In this document: positions 26,401 to 35,528 of the stretch, in pieces
Numbering within the stretch: the stretch's first letter is position 1
Layout of the letters: the number at the start of each line of letters is the position of its first letter
Assembly (NCBI GenBank): GCA_001873625.1
Contig: MNZN01000012.1
Coordinates: forward strand, 12,712-76,711
Length of the DNA stretch: 64,000 bases
Source: Candidatus Saccharibacteria bacterium CG2_30_41_52
Lineage (GTDB): Bacteria; Patescibacteriota; Saccharimonadia; Saccharimonadales; Saccharimonadaceae
Reading direction: 5' to 3'
Position numbers and translations under genes: made by a program
Notes under the pieces: generated by a model
Database searches by the model: none
What the model saw: only the letters and a program-made list of their open reading frames with translations
Told to the model about the DNA's origin: nothing

Positions 26401-29136
26401 GTTGGTGGTTGCTCGACTCAAAATGTATCAACTGGCGGGTGCACAACCGTGCTAAATGATATTGTATATGGCGAAATAAACCAAGACGGTGATGCATCAA
26501 CCGTCGCGCAATCAGTCGCAAATGGTACTGCGCCTTGCAGCGGGACATCTCCAATAGATTGCAACCTTCCGGGTACCTCTTATATTGGCAACTTGCTGAA
26601 CGAAACAATAATAACTAACGGATATCTTTATGTTATAGGTGGCTGCGTCAATGATGGTTGCAACACAATAGAAGGTGACACAGCATATGTAGCAATATCC
26701 TCTACAGGTGAAATGACAAAACCAGCAACCTGTCCAAATGGTGGCTACCAAGGCGGATCTTGGTGTGTAGACAATACACACTCAATAGCCGGAGGTATAG
26801 CTGGTTCCAGCCCGGTTGTCTTTGGCGGTCGATTGTATCTAATCGGTGGGTTTGGTGGTGCGGGTAATAAAGGCAACTGCTATTACACCACTTTAAATAA
26901 TGACGGAAGTATTGGTGGATGGACATTACAGACCATGTCAAGTATCGGAGCAACAAACGTTTCATATTCATTTGCCTACACCCGCGCCAACCCATCAGCA
27001 GCTAGCACAGCACCAGGTAATCTATTTATATTTGGTGGTTGTACAGTTACCTCGGGCGCAGACTGTTCGGGATATACTGATAATGTTTTCAAATGCAATA
27101 TCCTATCAAGTGGAGCTTTGGCAAGTTGCAGCACTAGTGGACAATTGCAAATTGGTATAGTACCAGGCGACACGCAATCCGGTCTAGCAATCCACAGCGG
27201 CACGTCATATGCAAACTACATATACTTAATTGGTGGCGTTACACCCAACCTTGTCGACATGGCAACAGTCAGATATGCAAAATTTGACGACAACAACAAC
27301 GTCGTAGCCGCTAGTGGAAGCTCTTGGGTTGAGTCACCAAACGAGATGGCCGTCGGTCGCCGACGCGCTTCATCGTTCGGGTATAACGGCTATATATACG
27401 TTGTTGGTGGATACGATGCAACCGCTGGTGTTTTACCAGATATCGAATTTATTAAAGTAAATGTCAGTGACGGTAGCCTAGGTAGTGCTACTGATGGGTT
27501 CAATGTCTCGGCCGTAGAGATTAACCAACGCTGGGGACTTAGCGTCCCGGTATCAAATTCATATGCATATGTCATAGGCGGCTGTACCAACGGATCTGCA
27601 CCGAGTGGTTGTACTGCACGCACCGATATCATTCAGACATTCCAGATTTACAATAACGACAGTGGTGCGCCGGCCGGATATTCAACATCAGCCAATACAT
27701 ACGGCACAAATCCAAATCGAATTGGTGCCAGTAGCACAATCCTAGATGGGTATATATATGTAGCTGGGGGCTGTACCAGTGCAACTGATTGTACGACTGC
27801 TATTAATACCGTCTCTTATGCGCCGATTGATGTCAACGGCGCGTTAGGTACATGGTCAAACACTACAGGCACATGGCCGTCCGGTGCCGTCAGAACATGG
27901 GGCAAATTAGAGGCAGCCGGAGGAACGCTCTATTATATTGGAGGCCAAAGCAGCACCGCAACAGATGAGCGATCCGAGATATATTATGGCACGCCATCTT
28001 CGGGAGACGTTGCTACTTGGGCAGCTGCAAGTAATGCCTTACCTTCCGCCCGAACAAAATTCGGAGCAACCGTCTGGAACGACAGGATTTATGTTGTAGG
28101 CGGGCTAAATTCTAGCGCCGCACCAACCGCAACGGTCTATGTTAGCCCTCAATTAAGTTCTGGTGGCGATATAACATCGGCCTGGTTAACCACCAGCACA
28201 TCATTTGATGTCGCTCGAAGTGAACTAACCGCTGTTGCCTACGCTAATAATCTCTATATATTTGGCGGTTATGATGGTACAAATTATCTTAGCGATAGCC
28301 AATATACCCAAATCATATCATCTGACGACGCTACCAACGGCACAGTTGGTAGTTGGACCTTTTCGACAAGCCTCCCTATGCCACTTTCTCAACCTGAGGG
28401 GTTTGCCGCCAACGGCTATATTTACCTAACCGGCGGCAGATCCAGCGCTACGACCTGTGATCCCATCACGCTCGTTTCACCAATTAGCGCAAATACGACT
28501 ATTGCTACTGGCAATAATCCTACCGGTATTGGTGAATGGTATGAAACAAACCAACGATTTACGGGTGCACGATATGGAGCAGCGGCAGCATATCATGACG
28601 GCAAAGCCTACGTTCTAGGTGGAGGTTGTGGTGCTACACTTACCTACGCTAGCCCTGTAACTCAACAAACTACATTATTGTCTCAGCCACAGGTAGCTAA
28701 ATATTCAATTATGATTGATACCGACTCGGATGTCTTTCCTAACCAATGGCTCCTAAACGGTGTCGACAACTCAATTGGTGCATATTGGCAATTGAAATAT
28801 CGATCAATGCCTAATACCACCACATCGTGCGTGTCACCCGCTATGACAACATGGGGAAGTGAAACAAACTTTGGCAACGTCACACTTGGACTGCCTGGGG
28901 TTTACACTCCAACAGATTCCAGTGGCGTCACTACAAACTGTGCTAGGTTCTATTACTTCGGAGTTACCGTCGACAGCTCGCAAGCGTTTGGATACCCAGA
29001 TGACGTGACTCGTGGACCGACTATTACCGACCTTACATTACAATTTACCGCCGACCCAAGCAAACGTCTAATGCACGGCCGTACATTTACTGGCGGGTTA
29101 CAACAACCAATCGATACCCCTTACTATACGCATTAG
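23488..29136 (+). CDS. giant membrane-anchored protein (1882 aa): N-terminal TM, glycine-rich domain, at least 17 Kelch-type blades
   Basis: TM helix GGSAVALVFTIVFFIVIPIL. Glycine-rich domain entry YTVPSGVTSVSVKIWGGGAGGG...PGETLDIYVGGGG. There are 17-18 occurrences of the hydrophobic-Y/F-x-x-GG Kelch signature (LYAMGGIN, MYLLGGQS, LYILGGST, IYVVGGYD ...). Confidence 0.6.
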   Translation: MKYGNMNKIKDIKSEWRKRLSGMRCYVKSLLKKSTIFYNKQKNANFFCLKKWSVRFGVGGSAVALVFTIVFFIVIPILTPPSYKLGTARLLLTEVNDIMAKKLTFDSLKRQFNFANGQDSYNSVSVANNTQKIAATIDQDPSKGVTVTDSTNKVDFIATPNYGLTGGQQSDNRIVFPLTNKKGWLVYTVEGTGVKEDILLTKSDSDTQTFGYTLKLGDNLEARIESDGGIGVYGNTLLSGNITTSSDSDAALLQKARQNAAKNTLLFVIPKPVIIEKDSKTSSAKATYELNGNNLRIKITGLNKATYPLSIDPSIYVVTAQQFMNGNNETNIDFDVANKLIKKGRTTGARFDAWNTTTSLPAPSWGSGTVAAGGKIYSVGGTSFSGQIYSTQGSDTYTVPSGVTSVSVKIWGGGAGGGAGGGGGVGGAGGGAGAVAGTISVTPGETLDIYVGGGGIAGARNTAGGGGGGGGSSTINRNSDSSLLAIAAGGGGGGGGLNNSSRFGTAGGAGGGINGVAGTNFSGSITGGGGGTQTGGGGAGGGGSNIGTAGTSLTGGLGGDGRTSGGNDGSGAAGGLANGGDGGLVINTSRAGGGGGGAGYFGGGGGTGSTSNSGGTGAGGGSSYAPSGLTSYAGSGTSPGQSGDSYRNGAGTGGNGGAVGGVGTSGTNGLVVITYGSGSEVVSQSVNWAQFNTTTGSIDSPNPGGGTCSGWCTTAAYNLPSARSNFSLVAYNGFLYAMGGINTVGGTAQNSVYVAKIGANGEPQLWHPTDSNKSNWVYWYQDTNLSSIRSNMGAVAYNNRMYLLGGQSTSGNAVNTVEIADIKPTGVLGAWTASTDLPYTGLFGEGVQVYNDRLYILGGSTSLTGAPLDDVYYNKINSDGTLNSWVLNPTSFSTGRITNGGNFSVVWGAYMYISGGCNTVNGSGYCSAISSDTQVASINADGSIDAWNTVGGVANQRMGFGMIAWRERIYEVGGCSTQNVSTGGCTTVLNDIVYGEINQDGDASTVAQSVANGTAPCSGTSPIDCNLPGTSYIGNLLNETIITNGYLYVIGGCVNDGCNTIEGDTAYVAISSTGEMTKPATCPNGGYQGGSWCVDNTHSIAGGIAGSSPVVFGGRLYLIGGFGGAGNKGNCYYTTLNNDGSIGGWTLQTMSSIGATNVSYSFAYTRANPSAASTAPGNLFIFGGCTVTSGADCSGYTDNVFKCNILSSGALASCSTSGQLQIGIVPGDTQSGLAIHSGTSYANYIYLIGGVTPNLVDMATVRYAKFDDNNNVVAASGSSWVESPNEMAVGRRRASSFGYNGYIYVVGGYDATAGVLPDIEFIKVNVSDGSLGSATDGFNVSAVEINQRWGLSVPVSNSYAYVIGGCTNGSAPSGCTARTDIIQTFQIYNNDSGAPAGYSTSANTYGTNPNRIGASSTILDGYIYVAGGCTSATDCTTAINTVSYAPIDVNGALGTWSNTTGTWPSGAVRTWGKLEAAGGTLYYIGGQSSTATDERSEIYYGTPSSGDVATWAAASNALPSARTKFGATVWNDRIYVVGGLNSSAAPTATVYVSPQLSSGGDITSAWLTTSTSFDVARSELTAVAYANNLYIFGGYDGTNYLSDSQYTQIISSDDATNGTVGSWTFSTSLPMPLSQPEGFAANGYIYLTGGRSSATTCDPITLVSPISANTTIATGNNPTGIGEWYETNQRFTGARYGAAAAYHDGKAYVLGGGCGATLTYASPVTQQTTLLSQPQVAKYSIMIDTDSDVFPNQWLLNGVDNSIGAYWQLKYRSMPNTTTSCVSPAMTTWGSETNFGNVTLGLPGVYTPTDSSGVTTNCARFYYFGVTVDSSQAFGYPDDVTRGPTITDLTLQFTADPSKRLMHGRTFTGGLQQPIDTPYYTH
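24719..25480 (+). repeat. GGN-codon low-complexity tract (mostly GGT GGT GGN) encoding poly-Gly segments
   Basis: Runs such as ggtggtggtgcaggtggtggtgcaggtggtggtggcgg. Several short direct repeats of 9-15 nt lie within the coding sequence. Confidence 0.8.
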
Positions 29137-29166
29137 GTCGCCATCACCTGATATACTATAGATAAT

Positions 29167-29880
29167 ATGGATATTAAGAGGGTTCCCAAAAAACGTGTTA
29201 TGTGGCAGGATATTAAACCTGCTTCTGCACCCGTTAAGCCTGTCGAGACACAACAGCCGATAATAAAACCCAAAAAAACAGCCAGAATAAAATCGCTGTT
29301 CAAGTTCCCTGCATTCAAAAAAATAAAAATAAGATTGCCAAAGATTACTCGAAAGACGGCAATCATCAGTTTGATAGTAATTATAGTTGTGATTGGTGGT
29401 GGTATTTATTACGCAATTAATTCTGGCTTATTCAAGCCAACTAATAATGTTTCCAATACCGACAACCAATCAACCGACACTTCAACTCCTGTTCTCGAAC
29501 ATGGAACGCCAGGATATACTACAATATCACCAACTGATAAAAAAGTTAATGATCTAGGCGGCTGGACTCGTATCAGTCCACCAGATTCAGACCCAGTATT
29601 CGCCTATTCAGACAAAATTGGTAATATCGGTATAAATGTCAGCGAGCAGCTCCTACCCGAAGATTTCAAAACTGATACTGACCGACAAATTGAATTATTA
29701 TCCCAGGGTTTCAAAGCCAGCGAGAAAATAACCGTCAACGGAATAATTGTTCACATCGGCACCTCTGCCAAAGGCCCACAATCTGTTATATTCACAAAAA
29801 ACAACCTATTGATTCTAATAAAATCAAATGCCCCAATTAGTAGTGATCAGTGGGTTAAATATATCAGTGCGATGCAATAG
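29167..29880 (+). CDS. bitopic membrane protein, unknown function
   Basis: Basic N-terminus, one TM helix (AIISLIVIIVVIGGGIYYAI), and a 150-aa C-terminal domain. No family recognised. Confidence 0.4.
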   Translation: MDIKRVPKKRVMWQDIKPASAPVKPVETQQPIIKPKKTARIKSLFKFPAFKKIKIRLPKITRKTAIISLIVIIVVIGGGIYYAINSGLFKPTNNVSNTDNQSTDTSTPVLEHGTPGYTTISPTDKKVNDLGGWTRISPPDSDPVFAYSDKIGNIGINVSEQLLPEDFKTDTDRQIELLSQGFKASEKITVNGIIVHIGTSAKGPQSVIFTKNNLLILIKSNAPISSDQWVKYISAMQ

Positions 29881-29881
29881 A

Positions 29882-30379
29882 TTACAGTTCGATCTGACTC
29901 ACAACTTTCAAATCACCGACAACAACCGCTGATTTCTTGTTGTGCGTACAGGTCACACTAACTGGCCATTTGCCTAGTGGCACTGAATCTTCAATCTTCC
30001 AGGACCAACTGACCATTCCATATTCATCAGCTGTCTTGTTATAAAGTCCCGAATCCGTACTGGCTGTTTTGTCATAAATAACTGATATTTTACAGATTGA
30101 ATCTGCTTTAGTTCTAACCGTTATAGTTGAGTTAGATCCAGACAAAACTGGCGAAACCAATGACTGAACAGATGCACTTTCTGGCGTATTTGCAGCTGGC
30201 AAAGTCTGTTTAACAACCACTGGTTCTGTGGATTTATTCTCTACTACTGATGCAGTCCCCGGCGAAGTATTCTGTCCCATATACCACGTATAGCCAATCC
30301 CAGCGCCAACAAACAACACCAATAATACTACGGCGCTTATTAATATATTACGGATTGACCTATTAGCTCGTGGCCTCAT
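29882..30379 (-). CDS. bitopic membrane protein with small beta-rich C-terminal domain
   Basis: TM helix ILISAVVLLVLFVGAGIGYTWY. The C-terminal domain has two Cys residues (SICKISV ... VSVTCTH). Confidence 0.4.
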   Translation of the reverse strand: MRPRANRSIRNILISAVVLLVLFVGAGIGYTWYMGQNTSPGTASVVENKSTEPVVVKQTLPAANTPESASVQSLVSPVLSGSNSTITVRTKADSICKISVIYDKTASTDSGLYNKTADEYGMVSWSWKIEDSVPLGKWPVSVTCTHNKKSAVVVGDLKVVSQIEL

Positions 30380-30404
30380 ATATCACCTTCCGTCACCACT
30401 AAGA

Positions 30405-30908
30405 TTATTGCTTGTGGTATTTATCAATAGATTTGGCAACAGTGCCATCTGCTTTGAGGTTTTCAAAAAACAATACCTGGTCTTTACTAATAATCATTTG
30501 ATCATCGGGACCATGAACTTCACTACCCAATTTAATCAATTGAACATCTGATGCGCTGCTAGTTTTTTGTGGGTTCTCTGATGCATCAGCAGCTTTGGTT
30601 TGTAAATAAAAGATATCGGTAAGCTTAATGTATTCGCTGTTAAGGGTTGATAGCTTACCAAAGTAAACCTGTCCGTTTGACAAGAACAATGCTTGGTATT
30701 TATTACTATCAATTGTCGATGTTGTACTTGATTTGAAAAAGAACAAACCACCGGCAGTTAGTATAGCTAGGGCTATGACAGCTGCAACAGCAATCGTAAT
30801 ATGTTTCATTTTGAACTTTTTAAATTTACCATGACGACCATTAGTTGGCGCGCCTGTTCGTCCTACAGGATTCACAACACTCGTTCGAGCTGATACGTTT
30901 TCATCCAT
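30405..30908 (-). CDS. bitopic membrane protein, unknown function
   Basis: TM helix ITIAVAAVIALAILTAGGLFFF. C-terminal domain YQALFLSNGQVYFGKLSTLNSEYIKLTDIFYLQ. Confidence 0.4.
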   Translation of the reverse strand: MDENVSARTSVVNPVGRTGAPTNGRHGKFKKFKMKHITIAVAAVIALAILTAGGLFFFKSSTTSTIDSNKYQALFLSNGQVYFGKLSTLNSEYIKLTDIFYLQTKAADASENPQKTSSASDVQLIKLGSEVHGPDDQMIISKDQVLFFENLKADGTVAKSIDKYHKQ

Positions 30909-31003
30909 AAAATATCTCCCTTATTCTCTGTTGTTTTCGTTAGATATATTATAGCATGAGGGTAATAGGCGGGCAATCGAAGAAATATATTAACTCGGAA
31001 AAA

Positions 31004-31258
31004 TTATAGATTAATTTCTGAATTTAGCTGAGTCGACTCAGTACCATCTATATTTGTAGCGTCTAGTACAGCTGCAGATTTATCTAGATCGGCAGTGTTA
31101 TTCACTACCGGTGCTTGGTCTACATTGACTGTTGTATCTGCGGTTTTATTGTTGGAAAAGGCATCCCATGCTTTCCAGCCAACGAACCCAACAAGAGCAA
31201 TGGCTGCGACTATTAGAATAATCTCGATAACTCCAAACCCTTTGCTATTACGATTCAT
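31004..31258 (-). CDS. mini prepilin-like protein (84 aa)
   Basis: MNRNSKG/FGVIEIILIVAAIALVGFVGW has a G-F-x-x-x-E prepilin-type leader plus a hydrophobic helix. The tail is short and acidic with no globular head. There is a 2-nt gap to the upstream gene. Confidence 0.5.
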   Translation of the reverse strand: MNRNSKGFGVIEIILIVAAIALVGFVGWKAWDAFSNNKTADTTVNVDQAPVVNNTADLDKSAAVLDATNIDGTESTQLNSEINL

Positions 31259-31260
31259 AA

Positions 31261-31887
31261 TTATTGTTCCTTTGTGCTATTAGTTGTTGTAGTCGTATCA
31301 GCTGCTTTCTGTTCGCCATTGGCTTTCTTTACGACCACAATCAGGTCTTTGATTGCAGTGCGGTACGCCGCCAATGCCGAGTGTCTCAATGTCATTGCTT
31401 CCTTAATAATACTTCCTGGGTTGGTACTGTCAGTTGTTGTGCAATCAAATGTCGTTTCGATTGAAACTTCAATTGCTGCAACTGCGTTAGCTTCCGCGGT
31501 GTCAGCGTTAGCAACTGCTGTCAAGTATCCATCACTCGAAAGTTTCTTATCTATGTAAAATTGTTTGACATTAGCTTCAATCTTCTGAAATACAGCCAGT
31601 TGTTTTTTATTTTGTTCAGTTCCGCGGGCAACAATATTGTTAATTTTTTGTTGGCGTTGTTGACACACTTCTAGACGCTTAGCTTCGAGCTTCACGGTGC
31701 GCGCTGCCTTCATCGTAGCGAGCTTTTGTTGAATCTCTGTTTTTTTATCTGTAACAACTTGATTTTGAGCTAGTGACATACCCGGACGACCGCTGTTCAT
31801 CGCATTAGCGAGCGTTTGAGTACCGAGCACCGTAACACCTATGACGGCAAAAAATGCGACGAATAGTATTATTTTTTTATGAATCAT
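31261..31887 (-). CDS. secreted helical (coiled-coil-like) protein
   Basis: Signal peptide ...TQTLANA/MN, followed by K/Q/A/E-rich heptad-like sequence. Confidence 0.4.
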   Translation of the reverse strand: MIHKKIILFVAFFAVIGVTVLGTQTLANAMNSGRPGMSLAQNQVVTDKKTEIQQKLATMKAARTVKLEAKRLEVCQQRQQKINNIVARGTEQNKKQLAVFQKIEANVKQFYIDKKLSSDGYLTAVANADTAEANAVAAIEVSIETTFDCTTTDSTNPGSIIKEAMTLRHSALAAYRTAIKDLIVVVKKANGEQKAADTTTTTNSTKEQ

Positions 31888-32028
31888 ATTGATAAATACC
31901 TGTTAAATTTATACGTATACTATTATAGTATTAGCACTATAAGAAATTAAAAGCAACCGGTAACGAGTTCCTGATTCGAGGCGCAAGGAGCGGAGACAAA
32001 CAAAAAAACCCGTATATCTTTATTTGAC

Positions 32029-33297
32029 TCACAACAATATAGGATAATCTCTTTTACCGACGCTAGATCCTGCCACGTAACCAGTCGACCAACATAATTG
32101 CAACGAGAATCCGCCAGATGGCCTATTGATATGTAACAAATCACCAGTTACAAAAAGATTATTCACCTTATTTGATCGCATAGTTTTCATATCTACTTCG
32201 GTTAGTGGCAAACCGCCATCAGCAATAATAGCCCGATCCAAACCCATCAGCCCTGTAATTGTAATCGGCAAAGCCTTGAATAAATTGACTATCTTTTTTC
32301 GATTATCTTTTGTTACTGAATGAACTTTTGTTTCCATATCCATATGCTCAGAAAGTAATAACAATACCCCTTTGGACATCCCCGCCGGCACTAATTCACT
32401 AACGATATTCTTAAGTGCCTTGTTTTTATTTACATCAAAAATACTAATTATTTGGCGCTCTAGTTCTCCAGAATCTGTTTTTGGAAACATATTGATCTGG
32501 GCAGTAACAATTCCTGTAAGTAATAATTTCGAAACCTTAGGTGCACTATTAATAATTAACGGGCCAGAAATACCAAAATGAGTGAATAATAATCTGCCAT
32601 TCAATTTAAATTCTTTTTCACCGTCAACAAAAAAAGTTATATTCATATCTTCCAGCGATATACCCGATAGCTCCTTCGCCCAACGTTCTTTAATCGCCAT
32701 AGGTACCAGACTTGGAGTTGGACTAATAACCGTGTGCCCTAGCTGTTCTAGCCATTTATAACCATCCCCTGTCGAGCCAGTTTCTGGATGAGACGTACCG
32801 CCGGTGGCAAAGATATAGTCCGTAGCAATCAGCGCTTCTTCTCCGCACAAAATAGATTCAATACTATCGTCTTTAATTTGCACACTTGAAACAACACACC
32901 CAGTTCGCACTTCTACATTACCTTTTCGCATATAGTCAGTTAAAAACTGCACAACATCAGCTGCACTTTGCGATTTTGGAAATACCCGATTATATGCCTC
33001 AACTACCAAAGGCAATCCGTGTGAATTAAAGAAATCAAATGCATCTTTTTCTCCAAACTGAGCAAAAAGCGAATACAAAAACTGCTTTGAACTGCCATAT
33101 TTTTCCAGCAGCATATGTTCATCTTTTATGGCATTTAATATATTACAGCGGCCATTACCAGATATAAGCAACTTACAACCAAGCTGTTTATTCTTCTCAA
33201 GCAGTAGCACGCTAAGTCCGCGCTCACCAGCACGCCCAGCCGCTATCATTCCTGATGCGCCACCGCCAACTACTATAAGATCATATCTTTTTGTCAT
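32029..33297 (-). CDS. HI0933/BaiN-family FAD-dependent oxidoreductase
   Basis: N-terminus YDLIVVGGGASGMIAAGRAGERGLSVLLLEKNKQLGCKLLISGNGRCN. Start taken at the MTKRYD methionine. Confidence 0.75.
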   Translation of the reverse strand: MTKRYDLIVVGGGASGMIAAGRAGERGLSVLLLEKNKQLGCKLLISGNGRCNILNAIKDEHMLLEKYGSSKQFLYSLFAQFGEKDAFDFFNSHGLPLVVEAYNRVFPKSQSAADVVQFLTDYMRKGNVEVRTGCVVSSVQIKDDSIESILCGEEALIATDYIFATGGTSHPETGSTGDGYKWLEQLGHTVISPTPSLVPMAIKERWAKELSGISLEDMNITFFVDGEKEFKLNGRLLFTHFGISGPLIINSAPKVSKLLLTGIVTAQINMFPKTDSGELERQIISIFDVNKNKALKNIVSELVPAGMSKGVLLLLSEHMDMETKVHSVTKDNRKKIVNLFKALPITITGLMGLDRAIIADGGLPLTEVDMKTMRSNKVNNLFVTGDLLHINRPSGGFSLQLCWSTGYVAGSSVGKRDYPILL

Positions 33298-33408
33298 TAT
33301 TATACTAAAAGCATAACACCGACACGGCACTTTTCGCTATTGTATATCTGATTGATAACTAGTTATAATAAAATAAGATACTGAAGAGAGGCGCGATCCA
33401 CAGTAAAA

Positions 33409-35187
33409 ATGGCGATAGAAAAAGGCGATACATTTGAATCATCTGTGGGGGGTAATTTTTTTCGTGCTCGTCATCCTCTGCCCGAAAACCAATGCGCCGA
33501 AGAAATCTTTTATATTAAGAACCTATTCGAGATTGGTAGTAGATTAAACTTAGAAACAGAACACGAACTTCTGCCGTGGCAGTCTGAGTGCCTAGAAAAA
33601 ATAAAAAACGAAAGAAACGTGATTTTATCATCACCGACTGGCTCGGGCAAGACCCGCGTCTTTTTGGAATGGGCAAACATCAGAAAATTTGATAAAGAGA
33701 ATGGTGGTCGCAAACACACAGCCTACATTACCGCACCCGTAAAAGCCCTATCCAACCAACGTTTTCGTGAACTCGAAAGACAGGGCTATAATGTCGGTCT
33801 TGAGACGGGCGATATAAAAAACATCCCAAATGGAGCCGATTATATTTGCTGCACCCAGGAAATCTATACTAACAAATATCTTAACGACGAAGACGCTTCT
33901 CTTATCATGGATGAGTTTCACTACGTTTTTGAGGATGGTAATCGCGCTCGAACCTATATAGATTCCCTGTATGGTTCTAAGGCAAGGAATATATTGTTAG
34001 CGTCGGCCACCTTCGGCAACACCGATCAGCTTAAGGGCTATGTTGATAAAGTGTCTGAGCGCGATACTTATAACTACGAGAATAAAGAGCGCATTACTGA
34101 ATTAGAATATAAAGGGAGAATCAATTCCGAAGATATTAGCGATGCTTTGGTAGTAACTTTTTCTGCTAAGAATTGTCAACATATTGCCGGCTCGCTTTTC
34201 CACGGTCGAAAGGACAAGGACCAAAAAGAAACAGATATTATCAATGACATCGCGGTAAAAATGAAAATCAAGAACAAGGACCTGCTGGCGCTTTGCAAGC
34301 GCGGCGTATCTTATTATTATGGTGCGCTGCTACCAAAAGAAAAGTTGATGGTTGAGCTACTCTTTGAAAAACGCCTGATTGATGCGGTCATTGGAACTGA
34401 CGCCCTAGCACTCGGCGTTAATTTTCCAGTTCAAAAAGTAGTTTTTGCACAATTAGCCAAATACTATGATGGCCCTATCAGTAAAAATCTATTTGAACAA
34501 CTATCCGGACGCGCTGGTCGTAAAGGTTATTTTGATAAAGGCGAGGTTTATTTTTGTAACTTTGGCGTAGAAAATAAGGAATACAGTATTGATAAATTAT
34601 TCGAATGGAATGTTGTAGAGCGAGAAAATGAAAATGCGACGATTCGTTTGACACCAAACATAAAAGAACTTTTGCTCAACAAAACAACGCCAGAAAAAGA
34701 GGCTCAATTTATTTGTCGATTCTCTACTGAAAGTTATGATAAACAAGATATAATCAGCCAGATAGAAAAAACTATCAACGATGTCCGGACTTATCAACCA
34801 TTTAATGATTATAAAACGATAAATTATGCAAAGAATTTTCTTACCCCTGAATTAAAGGATAGAATATGCATAGAGTTCAAAGATAACATCGCAAAAGCGT
34901 ACTTCGATGAATTCGATCAAAAACAAAACTGTGAAATATTTTCCTGGATCCTAATGGGAAAGACTACCGAACAAATCGTCAGTACTTTTTCGGAAAGCTT
35001 TTCTGACTTGCTCCAGTTTCGTAAATACTTTCGACATCTGCCAAAAGAATATAAAAAAGGTATAGACTTTCATAAACTAGAACGGACAATAAATAGCATC
35101 GACGACACGGCCTTAAACATAGACAGAGGTACGTTTACTATTGCCGAGATTATGAGGCAAAAAAAAGTAAACAAAGGCGAATGCTAA
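33409..35187 (+). CDS. Ski2-like DExH-box superfamily 2 helicase
   Basis: Motif I SSPTGSGKT, Ia APVKALSNQ, II MDEFH, III SAT, and VI QLSGRAGRKG. The roughly 190-aa C-terminal region was not recognised. Confidence 0.75.
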   Translation: MAIEKGDTFESSVGGNFFRARHPLPENQCAEEIFYIKNLFEIGSRLNLETEHELLPWQSECLEKIKNERNVILSSPTGSGKTRVFLEWANIRKFDKENGGRKHTAYITAPVKALSNQRFRELERQGYNVGLETGDIKNIPNGADYICCTQEIYTNKYLNDEDASLIMDEFHYVFEDGNRARTYIDSLYGSKARNILLASATFGNTDQLKGYVDKVSERDTYNYENKERITELEYKGRINSEDISDALVVTFSAKNCQHIAGSLFHGRKDKDQKETDIINDIAVKMKIKNKDLLALCKRGVSYYYGALLPKEKLMVELLFEKRLIDAVIGTDALALGVNFPVQKVVFAQLAKYYDGPISKNLFEQLSGRAGRKGYFDKGEVYFCNFGVENKEYSIDKLFEWNVVERENENATIRLTPNIKELLLNKTTPEKEAQFICRFSTESYDKQDIISQIEKTINDVRTYQPFNDYKTINYAKNFLTPELKDRICIEFKDNIAKAYFDEFDQKQNCEIFSWILMGKTTEQIVSTFSESFSDLLQFRKYFRHLPKEYKKGIDFHKLERTINSIDDTALNIDRGTFTIAEIMRQKKVNKGEC

Positions 35188-35436
35188 ATGGACTATTCCG
35201 CAGAAGTATGCGACGAAGTCGTAGAATTTTTGGAACAAATCCCAAAACCAGATTACGATAAGCTTCCACGAGAGATTATTAATTATTTTTATCAACACTG
35301 TAATTCCACAAGCGAAAAAAGTTTTACATATAATACAGCCCTCCCCGTTTCTCAGCAAAATTTACATCAAGAGACCAAGAACATTTTAACTTTCTTGATT
35401 CGAGTTTTTTTGGAATACGAAGACCAGTCTAAATAG
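35188..35436 (+). CDS. small hypothetical protein, translationally coupled to the helicase
   Basis: TAAATG junction with the helicase stop. 82 aa; no family recognised. Confidence 0.35.
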   Translation: MDYSAEVCDEVVEFLEQIPKPDYDKLPREIINYFYQHCNSTSEKSFTYNTALPVSQQNLHQETKNILTFLIRVFLEYEDQSK

Positions 35437-35528
35437 AACCCAGAGGACGTTCCTCTATAGGTTATACTTTGTGACAGTTTTTAATAGTTGACTAACCCAA
35501 AGGGTAAAGTATATAATACCATTTGTAT

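Noticed and set aside
26103-27203. Stack of 75-102-aa minus-strand ORFs inside the 1882-aa gene, and similar stacks at 19342-20343 and 20734-21867 inside the 1576-aa gene.
   Set aside because: They are shadow ORFs caused by biased codon composition of the long plus-strand genes. Their sequences are low-complexity with no motifs.
31888-32028. Non-coding 140-nt spacer with GC-rich segment gcaaccggtaacgagttcctgattcgaggcgcaaggagcggag, examined for a tRNA, small RNA or terminator.
   Set aside because: No cloverleaf, convincing stem-loop or known motif could be folded by eye. It is left unannotated.
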